DNA of 64,000 nt from Octopus vulgaris (Eukaryota): assembly GCA_951406725.2 (NCBI GenBank), contig OX597818.1, positions 51,398,001 to 51,462,000 of the forward strand, given 5' to 3'. Below, piece by piece: positions 51,282 through 64,000 of this stretch. The position numbers were made by a program, and so were the translations under genes. The number at the start of each line of letters is the position of its first letter. Position 1 is the first letter of the stretch. The notes under the pieces were generated by a model. The model did no database searches. It worked only from the letters and a program-made list of their open reading frames with translations, and was not told the DNA's origin.

Positions 51282-53837
51282 AATCTGTAATCTTTTACTT
51301 GCTTCAGTCATTAGACTGCAGCCATCCTGGGACAACACCTTGAAGAATTTTTAGTCAAATGTATCAACCCCAGTACTTAGTATTTTTTTTTTCAAAACCT
51401 GATATCTATTCTAATTGTCTCTTTTGCAGAAATGCTAAGTTACGGGGATGTAAACACACCAGCACCGGTTGTCAAGCAATGTGTGTGTGTGTGTGGGGGG
51501 GGAAAGAAACACAGACACAAAGACACATATACATATATACAAAGGGCTTCTTTCAGTTTCTGTTTTATCAAATCCAATCACAATGCTTTGGTCAGCCTGT
51601 GGCTATAGTAGAAGAAGACACTTGACCAGGGTACCACACAGTAGGACTGAACCCGGAACCATGCAACTGGGAGACAAGCTTCTTACCACACAGCCATTCC
51701 CTGTACCTATAAATATATATGTTGTATAGCCATGTAGAAAACAATACATGAAAATGAATATTAAGTTTGCCAATCCATATTTCAATGCAGAAATGATGAG
51801 ATCTTATTAATCACTTCAATGGACCAGTAATCCAAACATGTATTTAACAAAAATAAATACATAATGATAATAATTTTTGGAAATAATCACAATACTAATA
51901 GTAGTGTAGCGGTTCTGTTTTGTACAAGTAAATGAGGATTTATATCGTAACATTTTATTTTGTTTTTTTAAAAAAAGCGTAATTGCTGCAAAAAAAAAAA
52001 AAGAAAATTAAAAAATACTCTATAAAACAATGAAAAACAAAACAAAACAAATATCAGTAATTGCTTTTAAATAAATTTAAGATTCAACATGAGTATTTTG
52101 TGTTCAGCAACACATACACACATGCACACTCAACTACACATACTAATACAGAGAGTTCACGCTTGATTTGAAATTGTTCTTTTAGCCTCAGAGATGAAAT
52201 ATTGATTAATTAACTTGGTTCAGAGCTTGGAATATTTTGAAGAGGAAGTAAAATGAGATTGTGTAACATTCATGCTTTCGCAGGGACATTAACGGTTAAG
52301 CGAAGTGAAATAAAAACAACTTGGAATTGAAACTGGGTCAGAAATCCAGGTCAGCAGGCGCTTACCCGGACTTTGAAATGCTCAACAATTTAGAGAAGAA
52401 ATATTACATATGGGTACAAGCATGGCTGTGTGGTTAAGAAGCTTGCTCTGAAACCACATGGCTTCAGGTTCAATCCCATAGCATGGAAACTGTGCGGAAG
52501 TCCACTGTCATCGTCATCATTTAGTGCCTGCTTCCCATGCTGGCATGGGTTAGATGGATTGACAGGAACTGGCAAGTCAGAGAGCTGCACCAAGTTCCAG
52601 TCTGGTTTAGTATGGTTTCTATGGCTGGATGCCCTTCCTAATGCCAACCACCCCAAGAGTGTAATGGGTGGTTTTACGGTTATACATGACAGTTTCATGT
52701 ATATATAAATCATCATCATCATCATCATCATCATCGTTTAACATCCGCTTTCCATGCTAGCATGGGTTGGACGATTTGACTAAGGACTGGCGAACCAGAT
52801 GGCTGCACCAGGCTTCAATCTTGATCTGGCAGAGTTTCTACAGATGGATGCCATTCCTAACGCCAACCACTCTGAGAGTGTAGTGGGTGCTCTTATGTGC
52901 CACCTGCACAAAGGCCAGTCAGGCAGTACTGGCAATGGCCACGCTCAAAGGGTGTTTTTTTATGTGCCACCTGCACAGGAGCCAGTCCAGCGGCACTAGC
53001 AACGACCTCGCTCGAATGTTTCTCCATGTGCCAGTAACACACACGCAAAAGGGGTCTCAGTGAATAGCGTCCCTGCCTTTCTGAGCTAGTTTTCCACCAC
53101 ATTTCTTAAAATTCATGGTAGAGGCCTTGGTCTTGGGACCACTCATGTCCAGAAACTGAGGTTGGAGGGTAAGCAAGGGCATGCTCCCTGTAGAAAATCC
53201 AGCTCCAAAAAAGCCTTGTGATAGCAAAGGAGAATGGGTACCAACCAGCCAGCCAGCCCAAAGGTTGAGGTGGGCTGCACCTGCCTACCTCGGTTGCTAT
53301 GGCATTTAGGTAGATCTGACCACCCCTGTTAACGGGGACAAAATCCAGATTTAAAACACTGGATGATGATGACACACACACACACGACAGGTTTCTTTCA
53401 CTTTCCATCTACCTAATCCACCCACAAGGTTTTGGTTGGCTTGTAGCTATAATAAAGGACACATGCCCAAGGTTCCATACAGTAGGACTGAACTCAGAAC
53501 TACGAGGTTTGGAAGTAAACTTTTTACCATTGGGAGCCAGTCAGGGGGCACTGGCATCGACCATGTTAGGATGATGCATTTTACGTGCCACCGAAATGGG
53601 AGCCCATCAGGGGGCACTGGCCACAGCTAGTTTTACTGGACTGGAAGATGAAACTCAGGAGGTAGGTGTGTGGTATTGTTTTGCATTTATAATAAAATAA
53701 ATATATACAAATTATAAAAATAATTAAAAAAATATACAGTACAGTACTGTTCCTACTTTGAGGATTTTCACCTATCGTAGGAGGTTTTGGAACATAATAC
53801 CCACAATAGTTGAGGGATTACTGTATGCATTAAATAT

Positions 53838-54414
53838 GGTTTCTGATTACAAATATCTTGGGTCATATTATCATCTGGAAAAGATTTTCTAACTAGAAAG
53901 GGTATGGCCTGGTCAGCCTGTAATGACATGCATAAGATCTGGTCATCAAATCTAAGTAGAGACTTCAAACTTGAAATCTTCAAAGCCACAGTCGAACCAA
54001 TTCTACTATATGGCTCAGAAACCTGGACGTTATCAAAGAAGCTTGAGAGGCGGTTGGATGGAACCTACACTCGCCTCCTTATGAGAGCTCAAAATCTCTC
54101 TGGGAAGCGTCATCCAACCAAAGTACAAATATATGGGAAACTACCACCTGTATCATCTCTTGTGAAAGGTAGGAGAGTCCAGTTTGCTGGACATTGTTGT
54201 AGAGCTGAAAACGAGGCAATTTCTACTCTTCTCCTCTGGAAGCCATCTGCTTGCGATACCAGAGGGCGCACACTCTCCTATCCTGATGTAATCTCCAGGG
54301 ATACAGGCATCCAGCAACAGGACCTCCGTAATGCCATGATGGACCGTGAAGCCTGGCGTAGCATGGTAAATTCCATTGTCTCGACCACGGTCGAACAATG
54401 ATGATGATGATGAT
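53838..54414 (+). mobile_element. 5'-truncated RTE-clade LINE, ORF C-terminus still open
   Basis: DYKYLGS, then ORF 53904-54401 AWSAC..ILLYGSETWTL..RRVQFAGHC..AMMDREAWR; (GAT)n tail. Confidence 0.9.
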
Positions 54415-55040
54415 ATATATATGCATTTATTATATATTTAATATATGTAATGTGTCTTTACACGTATATGTAATTTGTATTGTCGTTATAGTCACTGCAT
54501 TCATTTTTAAGGAATGTCAACCACTTAAACCACACTTAGGTTTTAAGATAAATTATTAATATTATAAGTTTTTCACACCATCGCTGGTACAGACAAACTC
54601 TTTGCCAAGAGATCTGTTAATCTATAAGAGCAGTAGGTACAGCAGAAGTGCTGTAGGGTCTTTAGAAGAATGCTGCTAAAATCTACTCTCCTGATCTATT
54701 AATAATAGATGGACAATAGCTGTTGGAACCAAGATTAAGAATGGCTTTGGTACTTAAATGGAAGTAGTGCAAAGAAGTCCTTTTATCAAGGTGAACTAAT
54801 AGACGTTGTGTGAAGAGCTAACAATAGAAAAGCTATTGGTGTATAAAGTGGATGGAAAGACTTCAAGCGTCTACTTCTTTTATCGATAACAACAAACAGA
54901 TTTCCTCTTAAGTTGAAACATTAAGATTATTTATCAAATATCTCACATGTCTGTGTAAAGACGGCATTTTGTCTGTCTTTACATTTTGAGTTCAAATTCC
55001 ACTAAGGTCGACCTTGCTTTTCATCATTTCGAGGGTCTAT

Positions 55041-55521
55041 GAACCCTTTCGTTACCAACCCGGCTGAAACCGGCTCTGGCTCTGTAGTACAAATGTCTTG
55101 TTTTCATAAGTTTTGAATTAAAATCTTCCACGAAACCTTAGTCGCAATTTATGTTCCTAACACTGGCTGAATGATAACTAAGTTATTTTACTAAATTCTT
55201 TGTTATATTTTAAATTAATTGAAAGAAACACAGAGCATCTCAACAGAAATATGGTCACAAAAGGGTTAAAATATATGATAGAGAAACAATTCTTAACCCT
55301 TTCGTTACCAACCCAGCTGAAACCACCTCTGGCTCTGTAGTACAAAAGTCTTGTTTTCATAAGTTTTGAATTAATATTTTCCAGCAAACCTTAGTCACAA
55401 TTTATGTTCCTAACACCAGCTGAATGATAACTAAGTTATTTTACTAAATTCTTTGTTATATTTAAAATAATTGAAAGAAACACATAGTATCTCAAAATAA
55501 ATACAGTAATGAAAGGGTTAA
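55041..55521. mobile_element. Two adjacent family-A MITEs inside one SINE
   Basis: Copies 55041-55269 and 55293-55521 in the same orientation; SINE sequence on both outer flanks. Confidence 0.8.
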
Positions 55522-56242
55522 ATGAGTACCAGGGCTAGTGTAATTGATTAGCATCCTCCCACGAAATTTCAGGCCTTATACCTATAGTAGAAAGTATTAT
55601 TCATGTATAACATAGATATAAAACCTTGAATTTGAGGGAGGGGTACAATCAATTATACCTATCATCCCACAATCCCTGTATTTTATTTTCTCAATCTGAT
55701 GTGTAGCTAAGATGAAATAAAATTCACCAAGGTGATCGTTGGAAAATCCTGGTTTATTAATTTTTTTCAATATTTACATCTTTTGTTGAAATATACACAA
55801 ACACATAGAAATTTCTGTATAGTTTAGGTAATGGTAGAAGGCACTTCTCCAAGCTGCTGTGTAATGGGATTAAACTTGGGTTCATCACCATCATCATAAT
55901 TTTAATGTTTACTGAGGCAGATTTTCTACAAATCGGATGCTCTTCCCGTTGCCAACCTTCACTTGTTTTCAAACAAGTTAATATTTTGCCATGGCCTGAC
56001 AAGAATTTTCAGAATATCAGAAACGAATGACACTGTTTGTATGACTATCTTTTGTAACCATCATGCAATGTCAAGGCAAGGAGACACTCACAAATGACGA
56101 ACTTCTTTCTGTTTCCATCTACCAAATCCCCTCACAAGGATTTGATCAGCCTGGGGCTATAGTAGATGACACTTGCCCAAAGTGCCACACAGTGAGACTG
56201 AACCTGAAACTATGTGGTTAAGGAAGAAATCTTCTCTACTAC

Positions 56243-56762
56243 ACAGGACCACAAGGTTGTATACTGAACTTCTAACCACCACAGGACCACGTGGTTGTAT
56301 ATTGAACCACAGGATCAGGTGGTTGTAAAATGAACTTCTGAACTATACAGGACCACGTGGTTGTATATTGAACCACAGGATCAGGTGGTTGTAAAATGAA
56401 CTTCTGAACTATACAGGACCACGTGGTTGTATATTGAACCACAGGACTATGTGGTTGTAAATTGAACTCCTGAACTACACAGGACCACGTGGTTGCATAC
56501 TGAACTTCTAACCACCACAGGACCACGTGGTTGTATATTGAACCACAGGACTATGTGGTTGTAAATTGAACTCCTGAACTACACAGGACCACGTGGTTGT
56601 ATACTGAACTTCTAACCACCACAGGACCACGTGGTTGTATATTGAACCACAGGACTATGTGGTTGTAAATTGAACTCCTGAACTACACAGGACCACGTGG
56701 TTGCATACTGAACTTCTAACCACCACAGGACCATGTGGTTGTGAATTGAACTTCTGAACTAC
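56243..56762. repeat. 28/38-bp minisatellite with higher-order structure inside a SINE head
   Basis: 15 units starting ACAGGA; SINE core to the left, SINE 5' end (ACAACCATACCTGCACC) to the right. Confidence 0.9.
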
Positions 56763-57950
56763 ACAACCATACCTGCACCCATATTTGTCAGACTGATTAT
56801 TCTAATCTATTTATGCTTCATCGAGGAAGTTTAATAAGACTGAAACATGTCTGGAGTTGCTATCATGCTTGCCAAAGATTAGATTAAATTTATATTAGAT
56901 CTCAAGATGTTTTTCATATGTAATATAAGTTTTAATTAAAATTTTAGTCTTTATTCTTTTGTCTTGATTAGATTAAATTTTAACACTAGCCACAGAGCCT
57001 AGGATTTCTCCTCCTTGTTGCAAAAACAATTTTAATTATATGAAACCATTTTTCACTTGCAACATTAAAATATGTTAGCATTTAGCATTTGTACAACTGT
57101 AATATTTTTATGCATATGGAATCGGTATGTGAATTCTTCCAGTCAATTATATTTCACCCTTAAGCATTCAGATTATTCTGACAAATGTTTTGAATTACTC
57201 TTTACTCTACTCCTTGTTTCAGTCTTTTGATTGTGGCCATGCTGGAGCACCGCCTTTAGTCGAGCAAATTGATCCCAGGACTTATTTTTTGTAAGTCTAG
57301 TACTTATGCTATAAATCGCTTTGCTCAACCACTAAGTTACGGGGACGTAAATGCACAAGCATTGGTTGTCAAGCGATGTTGGGGCGACAAACATACACAC
57401 ACACACATATAACGGGCTTCTTTCAGTTTCCACCTACCAAATCCACTCACAAGGCTTTGGTCGGCCCGAGGCTATAGTAGAAGACATTTGCCCAAGGTGC
57501 CACACAATGGGACTGAACCCAGAACCATGTGGTTGGTAAGCAGGCTACTTACCACACAGCCACTCCTGCGCATTATCACGCATTATCTCATAAGTTTTCA
57601 GATTTTGATGACGCGATTATTTTTAGAATGACATTGTAAGGTATTATGTGAGTGGCTCAATTTGGCCATTTTGAACATAAGCAGCTAGAATATTTTGGTC
57701 AGGTATGGCTGGGATAAATATGCTAAAGAGTTAAATATGCAAACTGATCCAATTTTGATCTAAACAAAATATGTAGAACAGAAAAGAACAATAGGAAAGT
57801 CAACTCTGAAATAATCATTACTAAGAAAAGCACCAGCCATTGTCTCACAGTATCGGATTCTACTAACAATGGTACGAAGAAGATTCCAAAACCTGTTTTC
57901 CCTTTAGTTCAAACAGGTAGTAATCCCTATCTCACAACATCAGGTGCTAC

Positions 57951-58337
57951 TGGATGGAAGCACTCCGTCGGTTACGATGACGAGGGTTCCGGTTGATCCG
58001 AATCAACGGAACAGCCTGCTCATGAAATTAACGTGTAAGTGGCTGAGCACTCCACAGACATGTGTACCCTTAACGCAGATCTCGGGGATATTCAGCGTGA
58101 CACAGAGAGTGACAAGGCCGGCCCTTTGAAATACAGGTACAACAGAAACAGGAAGTAAGAGTGAGAGAAAGTTGTGGTGAAAGAGTACAGCAGGGATCAC
58201 CACCATCCCTGCCGGAGCCTCGTGGAGCTTTTAGGTGTTTTCGCTCAATAAACACTCACAACGCCCGGTCTGGGAATCGAAACCGCAATCCTATGACTGC
58301 GAGTCCGCTGCCCTAACCACTGGGCCATTGCGCCTCC
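57951..58337 (-). mobile_element. Full-length young OR-like tRNA-derived SINE
   Basis: GGAGGCGCAATGGCCCAGTGGTTAGG head, GGTTTCGATTCCC B box; 11-bp TSD TCAGGTGCTAC at 57940-57950 and 58338-58348. Confidence 0.9.
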
Positions 58338-58424
58338 TCAGGTGCTACCAGTAATGGTATGAAGTATGCCAGAACTTTGAACAATGAAACCCAACATCAT
58401 CCAGGGTAACATAAGCATCATTCT

Positions 58425-59780
58425 GAGAATTATTTACACTGGACGGCTATGTGTCCTCATCTTGTTTGTTGTTACCACAATATTTCGGCTGATGTACTCT
58501 CCAGCCTTCATCAGGTATCTTGGTGGAATTTTGAACTCAACCCTGGGTTCTCATTCCTACTCTTTTACTCTTTTACTTGTTTCAGTCATTTGACTGCGGC
58601 CATGCTGGAGCACCGCCTTTAGTCAAACAAATCGACCCCGGGACTTATTCTTTGTAAGCCCAATACTTATTCTATCGGTCTCTTTTGCCGAACAGCTAAG
58701 TGACGGGGACGTAAGCACACCAGCATCGGTTGTCAAGCAATGCTAGGGGGACAAACACAGACACACAAACACACACACATATATATACATACATATATGC
58801 GACAGGCTTCTTTCAGTTTCCATCTACCAAATCCACTCACAAGGCATTGGTCGGCCCGGGGCTATAGCAGAAGACACTTGTCCAAGATGCCACGCAGTGG
58901 GACTGAATCCAGAACCATGTGCTTGGTTAGCAAGCTACTAAGGTTTTTTTTTGCTGATGTTATTATTATTATTATTATTATTATTGAGTGAGATAGCACT
59001 GCATACCATCAAAATGACACTGGAGTAAAATATAAGAAGCCCAGTATACCTGTCTGATATAGGTACACCAAGCACATGCAACACAACCATATGTGCGTGA
59101 CATGGTGATCTCATACCAAGATAAACAGCACACGACCTTGCAGGTGGGGCCCAGTTAGAATTTTCTTCAGGTCGAGTAGCCCATACCGCTCAAAAGGTCA
59201 CTGAATAAGAGTTGTTTAAGGATGTTGAACAAAACAACCATGTTTCCAAAAGTGAATTATCCAAACCCCAAAGAATTCCTCTGAACATATGGCTATGATG
59301 CCACCCCCACTACTTCTGCTTGTGAACAAAGATGCATATATCGTCAGCCACTAAGGGATATGCTCAACTGGTTATGGTCAAACAACTGACAAGCAAATCT
59401 GTGGTATTGAGCAGAATATTTGCTGTAACCCATCTTTTATACTAAGACAAAACAATGTAGATGATAACACTTCCAATCAGTTAAGATCAGAAGCCATGAG
59501 AGCCACTGCCTGGTACTGCATCAGGGCATTTATTATTATTATTATTAAAAAGCACCAACTGATCATGGCTGTTGCCAGACCCACCTGGCACCTGTGCTGG
59601 TATCACGTAAAAAGTACCCACTATACTCACGGAGTGGTTGGCGTTAGGAAGGGCATCTAGCTGTAGAAACACTGCCAGATTAGACTGGAGCCAGGTGCAG
59701 CCTCCTGGCTTTCCAGACCCTGGTCGAACTGTCCAACCCATGCTAGCATGGAAAACGAACGATAAACGATGATGATGATG

Positions 59781-59813
<33 letters not shown>

Positions 59814-59930
59814 TATTCAAGGCACTGCCTGGAATTGAACTCAGAATCTTGGGGTTAGTAACCTGAAATGTTTTAGTAGCAACAAACAAGATGAGGACAC
59901 ATATCCGTCAGATGTAAATAATGAACAGAA
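58425..59930. mobile_element. Penelope-like non-autonomous element with inverted ends, nested SINEs
   Basis: 58428-58475 is an inverted copy of 59875-59922 (AACAAACAAGATGAGGACACATA); carries the hammerhead motif; no PLE ORF seen. Confidence 0.5.
58474..58519 (-). ncRNA. Minimal type I hammerhead ribozyme motif
   Basis: GAUAC-CUGAUGA-aGGCUG(loop)CAGCC-GAAAU-AUU-GUGGU: both core boxes, stem II, palindromic AAUAUU stem III, imperfect stem I. Confidence 0.6.
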
Positions 59931-60029
59931 TCCCTCATCTCTAAAATATAGAACAGCATCATCCTGATGACAAGGACAATTTGTACTTGATGAACAGACT
60001 GTAGAAATTACATTTGGTTGAATGGTTAG

Positions 60030-60258
60030 GTTTAACCCATTAGTGTTCAAACCGGCCATATCAGGCCAAAATGACCTTCCTGTTTTATGCTCAAACCAGC
60101 CAGCTCTGACCTCTCACACCTACCCCACAAAGTCATTCTAAAAATAAACAGGGACATCATCAAAATCTCAGAGTTACAAGATGCTGTACAATTAATTTAA
60201 AACAATGTAATTAAACAGGGTTTACATTTGACAGATTAATCTGAATGCCAAAGGGTTA
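60030..60258. mobile_element. TTAA MITE family B
   Basis: TTAACCCATTAG...GAATGCCAAAGGGTTAA; related copies at 57159-57734 and 60719-61109. Confidence 0.65.
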
Positions 60259-61745
60259 AGCTCTAAACAGATAAAACCAATGTTGTAACTTCAGCTTCAA
60301 TGTGATAGTTCAACTTGCTAGAAATAGCACACACATCTCACTCAAATTACACCCTACTATTATTGGTAATGTCTGGGGAAAAAAAAAAAAAAAAATTAGA
60401 TGGTCTCTACTTAGAAAGCTTTTGTTTAGTGCAAGGTACGTAGACAAGTATTTGTTTATGAACACTGGTTGATTGAAAGGAAAAGCTAATTTAATCTCAT
60501 AATGTAGAAGTATGAAACAAAATGCTTCACATATTTAGTCTGGCATGTTCTGCAGGACTTGATGCTAGACATCGTTTTGTGAAAGAAGGCATTATCTTTT
60601 GTTTGCAGTTAATTATTATAGTAAAATTTTGATTGAGCCATGATACAGGGGATATGCTTACTTAGCAAGATTTAATCTATAAAAGTTTGGTGAAACTAAA
60701 GAAGACTGTGATGGATGTTTAACCCTTTGGTGTTCAGATTATTCTATCAAACATAAGCACCCACTACACTCACGGAGTGGTTGGTGTTAGGAAGGGCATC
60801 CAGCTGTAGAAACATTGCCAGATAAGACTGGAGCCTGGTGCAGCCTTCTGGCTTCCCAGATCCCCGGTCGAACCGTCCAACCCATGCTAGCATGGAGAAC
60901 GGACGTTAAACGATGATGATGATGATGATGATGATGATTGATTTGAATTAATCATGCATTATCTCATATCTTCAAGATCTTGATGGTGTAATTACTTAAT
61001 GTAGATTAACATTGTAGGGTAGGTGTGAGAGCCTGGATCCGGTCAGTTTGAACATAAAACAGATTAAATATTTTGGACGGATATGGCCGGTTTAAATACT
61101 AAAGGGTTAGACGTTGTAAGAACAGATCTGAGACAGAAAAAAAAGAATCAGGCCAATAGACGAGACACCTTCGTTACTGATTAATAAATATATATTACAG
61201 TACTTGTAGATGCAGTCCAACTTCCATCAGCAAACATGTTTTAGATCGGTGTCTGTGTCTGATATCACTTTCATAATAATCTCAGCTGTTAAGTTCATGA
61301 GAAGATGATAAGAAAATATGAATTTCACAGAAACAGGTTTTTTAAATCTAATTTTATAGGTGTAGGCACGACTTTGAGAATAAGAAGCTTACTTCTCAAC
61401 TGTGTGTTATCAGGTTCTGTCCCATGGCACAGCATTTGGGCAAGTTGTCTTCTATTATAGCTCTGGCAAGCTAAAGCTTTGTTAATGGGTTTGGTAGATG
61501 GAAACTGAATGAAGCACATCATATATATTTATGCACGAGTAGTTTGTGTATTCATTTGTCTTGACATTATCATCATACAAGTAGTGTTGTTCATTTCTAG
61601 TCTTCGATGGAAAACATGTCTGGTTGTTGTAATCACCATCATCATTTTAAGTCCATTTTCTAGACTGGCATGGATGGGTTGGACAGTTTGACAGAAGCTG
61701 GTATGCCAGAGAGCTGCACCAATTATCTATTTTGGCACAGTTCCT

Positions 61746-62340
61746 TATTTCTTTATTGCCCACAAGGGGCTAAACATAGAGGGGACAAACAAGGACAGAC
61801 AAAGGGATTAAGTCAATTACATCGACCCCAGTGTGTAACTGGTACTTAATTTATCAATGCCGAAAGGATGAAAGGCAAAGTCGACCTCGGCAGAATTTGA
61901 ACTCAGAACATAATGGCAGACGAAATACCTATTTCTTTACTACCCACAAGGGGCTAAACACAGAGGGGACAAACAAGGATAGACAAACGGATTAAGTCGA
62001 TTACATCGACCCCAGTGTATAACTGGTACTTAATTTATCGACCCTGAAAGGATGAAAGGCAAAGTTGACCTCGGCGGAATTTGAACTCAAAACGTAACGA
62101 CAGACAAGATACGCATTTCTTTACTACCCACAAGGGGCTAAACACAGAGGGGACAAACAAGGACAAACAGATTAAGTTGATTACATCGACCTCAGTGTGT
62201 AACTGGTACTTATTTAATCGACCCCGAAAGGATGAAAGGCAAAGTCAACCTTGGTGGAATTTGAACTCAGAATGTAACGGCAGATGAAATGCTGCTAAGC
62301 ATTTTGCCCAGTGTGCTAACGGTTCTGTCAACTCGTTGCC
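61746..62340 (-). mobile_element. Trimeric SINE (13496 family) inserted into a V-like SINE
   Basis: One head plus three bodies; 16-bp TSD TTTTGGCACAGTTCCT at 61730-61745 and 62341-62356. Confidence 0.9.
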
Positions 62341-64000
62341 TTTTGGCACAGTTCCTATGGCTGGATGCCATTCCTAACAGCAACCACTTGGTGCTTTTTA
62401 TGTGACACCTACAATTGTTACTTTACTTGGAAGCAGATTAGGATTGGCAATGGGAATGTTATCCAGCAATAGAAACTGTTCCAACAAATTTCGGCTGATC
62501 CATGCAAGCATGAAAAAAGTGGATGTTGAAATTATGACACACACACGTTTGTGTATGTGCATGAGCTAATCCATACTTCCAACCCTCCATCTTTATATAT
62601 GTTCACATATTGTAAACAAAAGCATCACTGATCTTACAGGCAATGTTGTTTACTTGTCACCATGAAGACATGTCCAGGCTTCTCAAAAAGCTGCATGATA
62701 TTTGTAAACACGGGGTACATTCAGATTGTCGTTTGTTGTTTGATAGACAGGGGGTCATTACTTCGCTAGGAAACAGATGAAGCATTAGAAAGTGTTTCTT
62801 GCCATAGGAAACCCTGCCTCAGCAGCCTTGTCAGACCCATACAAGCATGGAAAAGTAGACATTAGGATGATGATGATATAAACAAGAATAGAACCATGAG
62901 CAAATAGTACCAGTGGCACGTAAAAAGCACCATCCGACCGTGGCTGTTTGCCAGCCCCGTCTGGCACCTGTGCCGGTGGCACATAAAAAGCACCTACTAC
63001 ACTCACGGAGTGGTTGGCGTTAGGAAGGGCATCCAGCCGTAAAAACACTGCCAGATCAGACTGGGCCTGGTGCAGCCTTCTGGCTTCCCAGACCCCAGTT
63101 GAACCATCCAACCCATGCTAGCATGGAAAGTGAACGCTAAATAATGATGATGATGATGATGATGATAAGAAGAACTTAATTCTAAGTTTGCTATGAGTTA
63201 AAAGTACCTCTTCTGTGACTATTTTTCACAAGAATATGCAACCCACATTCAAATGACTAATTAAACAATTGCACTGAACATGAACTTGGTACTTCAACAC
63301 AATATTCTTGCTGTTTAGCACCAGGTCAGCTCTGCATAAGAATTATGGGTGTAAGACATTCCAGTCACACCCATTTTGTTTTAGAGGGCATCAAACACTA
63401 TATTTTTTTTTTTATATATGTGCCCTTTTCAAGCCTGGCCCGGTTTCTGTTGCGTATGTGTTCCCCCCCAGCTGGACAGGTTGCTAGTCCATTGCAGCGT
63501 TACTCAAGAAACAGGAAGAAAGAGTGAGAGAAAGTTGGAGCGAAAGTGTACAACAGGGGTCGCCACTACCCCCTGCAAGAGCCTTGTGGATCGTTAGATA
63601 TTTTCGCTCACTAAATACACACAATGCCCGGTCTTGAAATCGAAACCATGATCCTCCGACTGCGAGTCCGCTGCCCTAACCACTGGGCCATTGCGCCTCC
63701 ACATCAAACACTATAAACCATACAATATACTTTGCCTTTTTTAGAGTGTAGGGTAAAATTTAAGGCAGATTTCACTGCTGTTTTGAACCAAGACTATTTG
63801 TACATTTGTATTATGATGGAATTTTGGTGACCTTGTAGTAAGAAGTTTGCTTCTCAACCACATGGTTCCGGGTTCAGTCCCACTGTGTGGCACTTTGAGC
63901 AAGTATCTTTTACTACAGCACGTCTCAGGATGACCAAAGCCTTGTGAGTGGATTTGGTAGACAGAAACTGAAAGAAGCTTGCCGTGCTTGTGTGTGTGTG

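Noticed and set aside
56243-56762. CRISPR-like appearance of the repeat
   Set aside because: No unique spacers, no cas genes, eukaryotic context; derived from a SINE.
58262-58337. tRNA gene
   Set aside because: tRNA-like head of a SINE with body, tail and TSD; the same applies to the other heads.

Overview
AT-rich, repeat-dense animal DNA. The SINE families, RTE LINEs, TTAA MITEs and mariner relics point to an octopus genome (inference). Almost all listed ORFs are repeat or microsatellite artefacts. The only well-supported gene is on the minus strand at 1248-10729. It has six phase-compatible GT-AG exons plus a candidate 12-nt microexon. The assembled protein has an HDX-like divergent homeodomain, then a TFII-I (GTF2I/GTF2IRD1)-type N-terminal domain, then the start of a GTF2I I-repeat. 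The gene continues past the left edge and its 5' exons were not found. The remaining ~53 kb is transposon and satellite sequence. It includes three long fold-back palindromes (two with hammerhead-like parts), a minimal hammerhead motif, SINE multimers with a recurring junction, and an E-box-rich minisatellite inside a SINE head. Family assignments rest on recalled reference sequences, not on searches.
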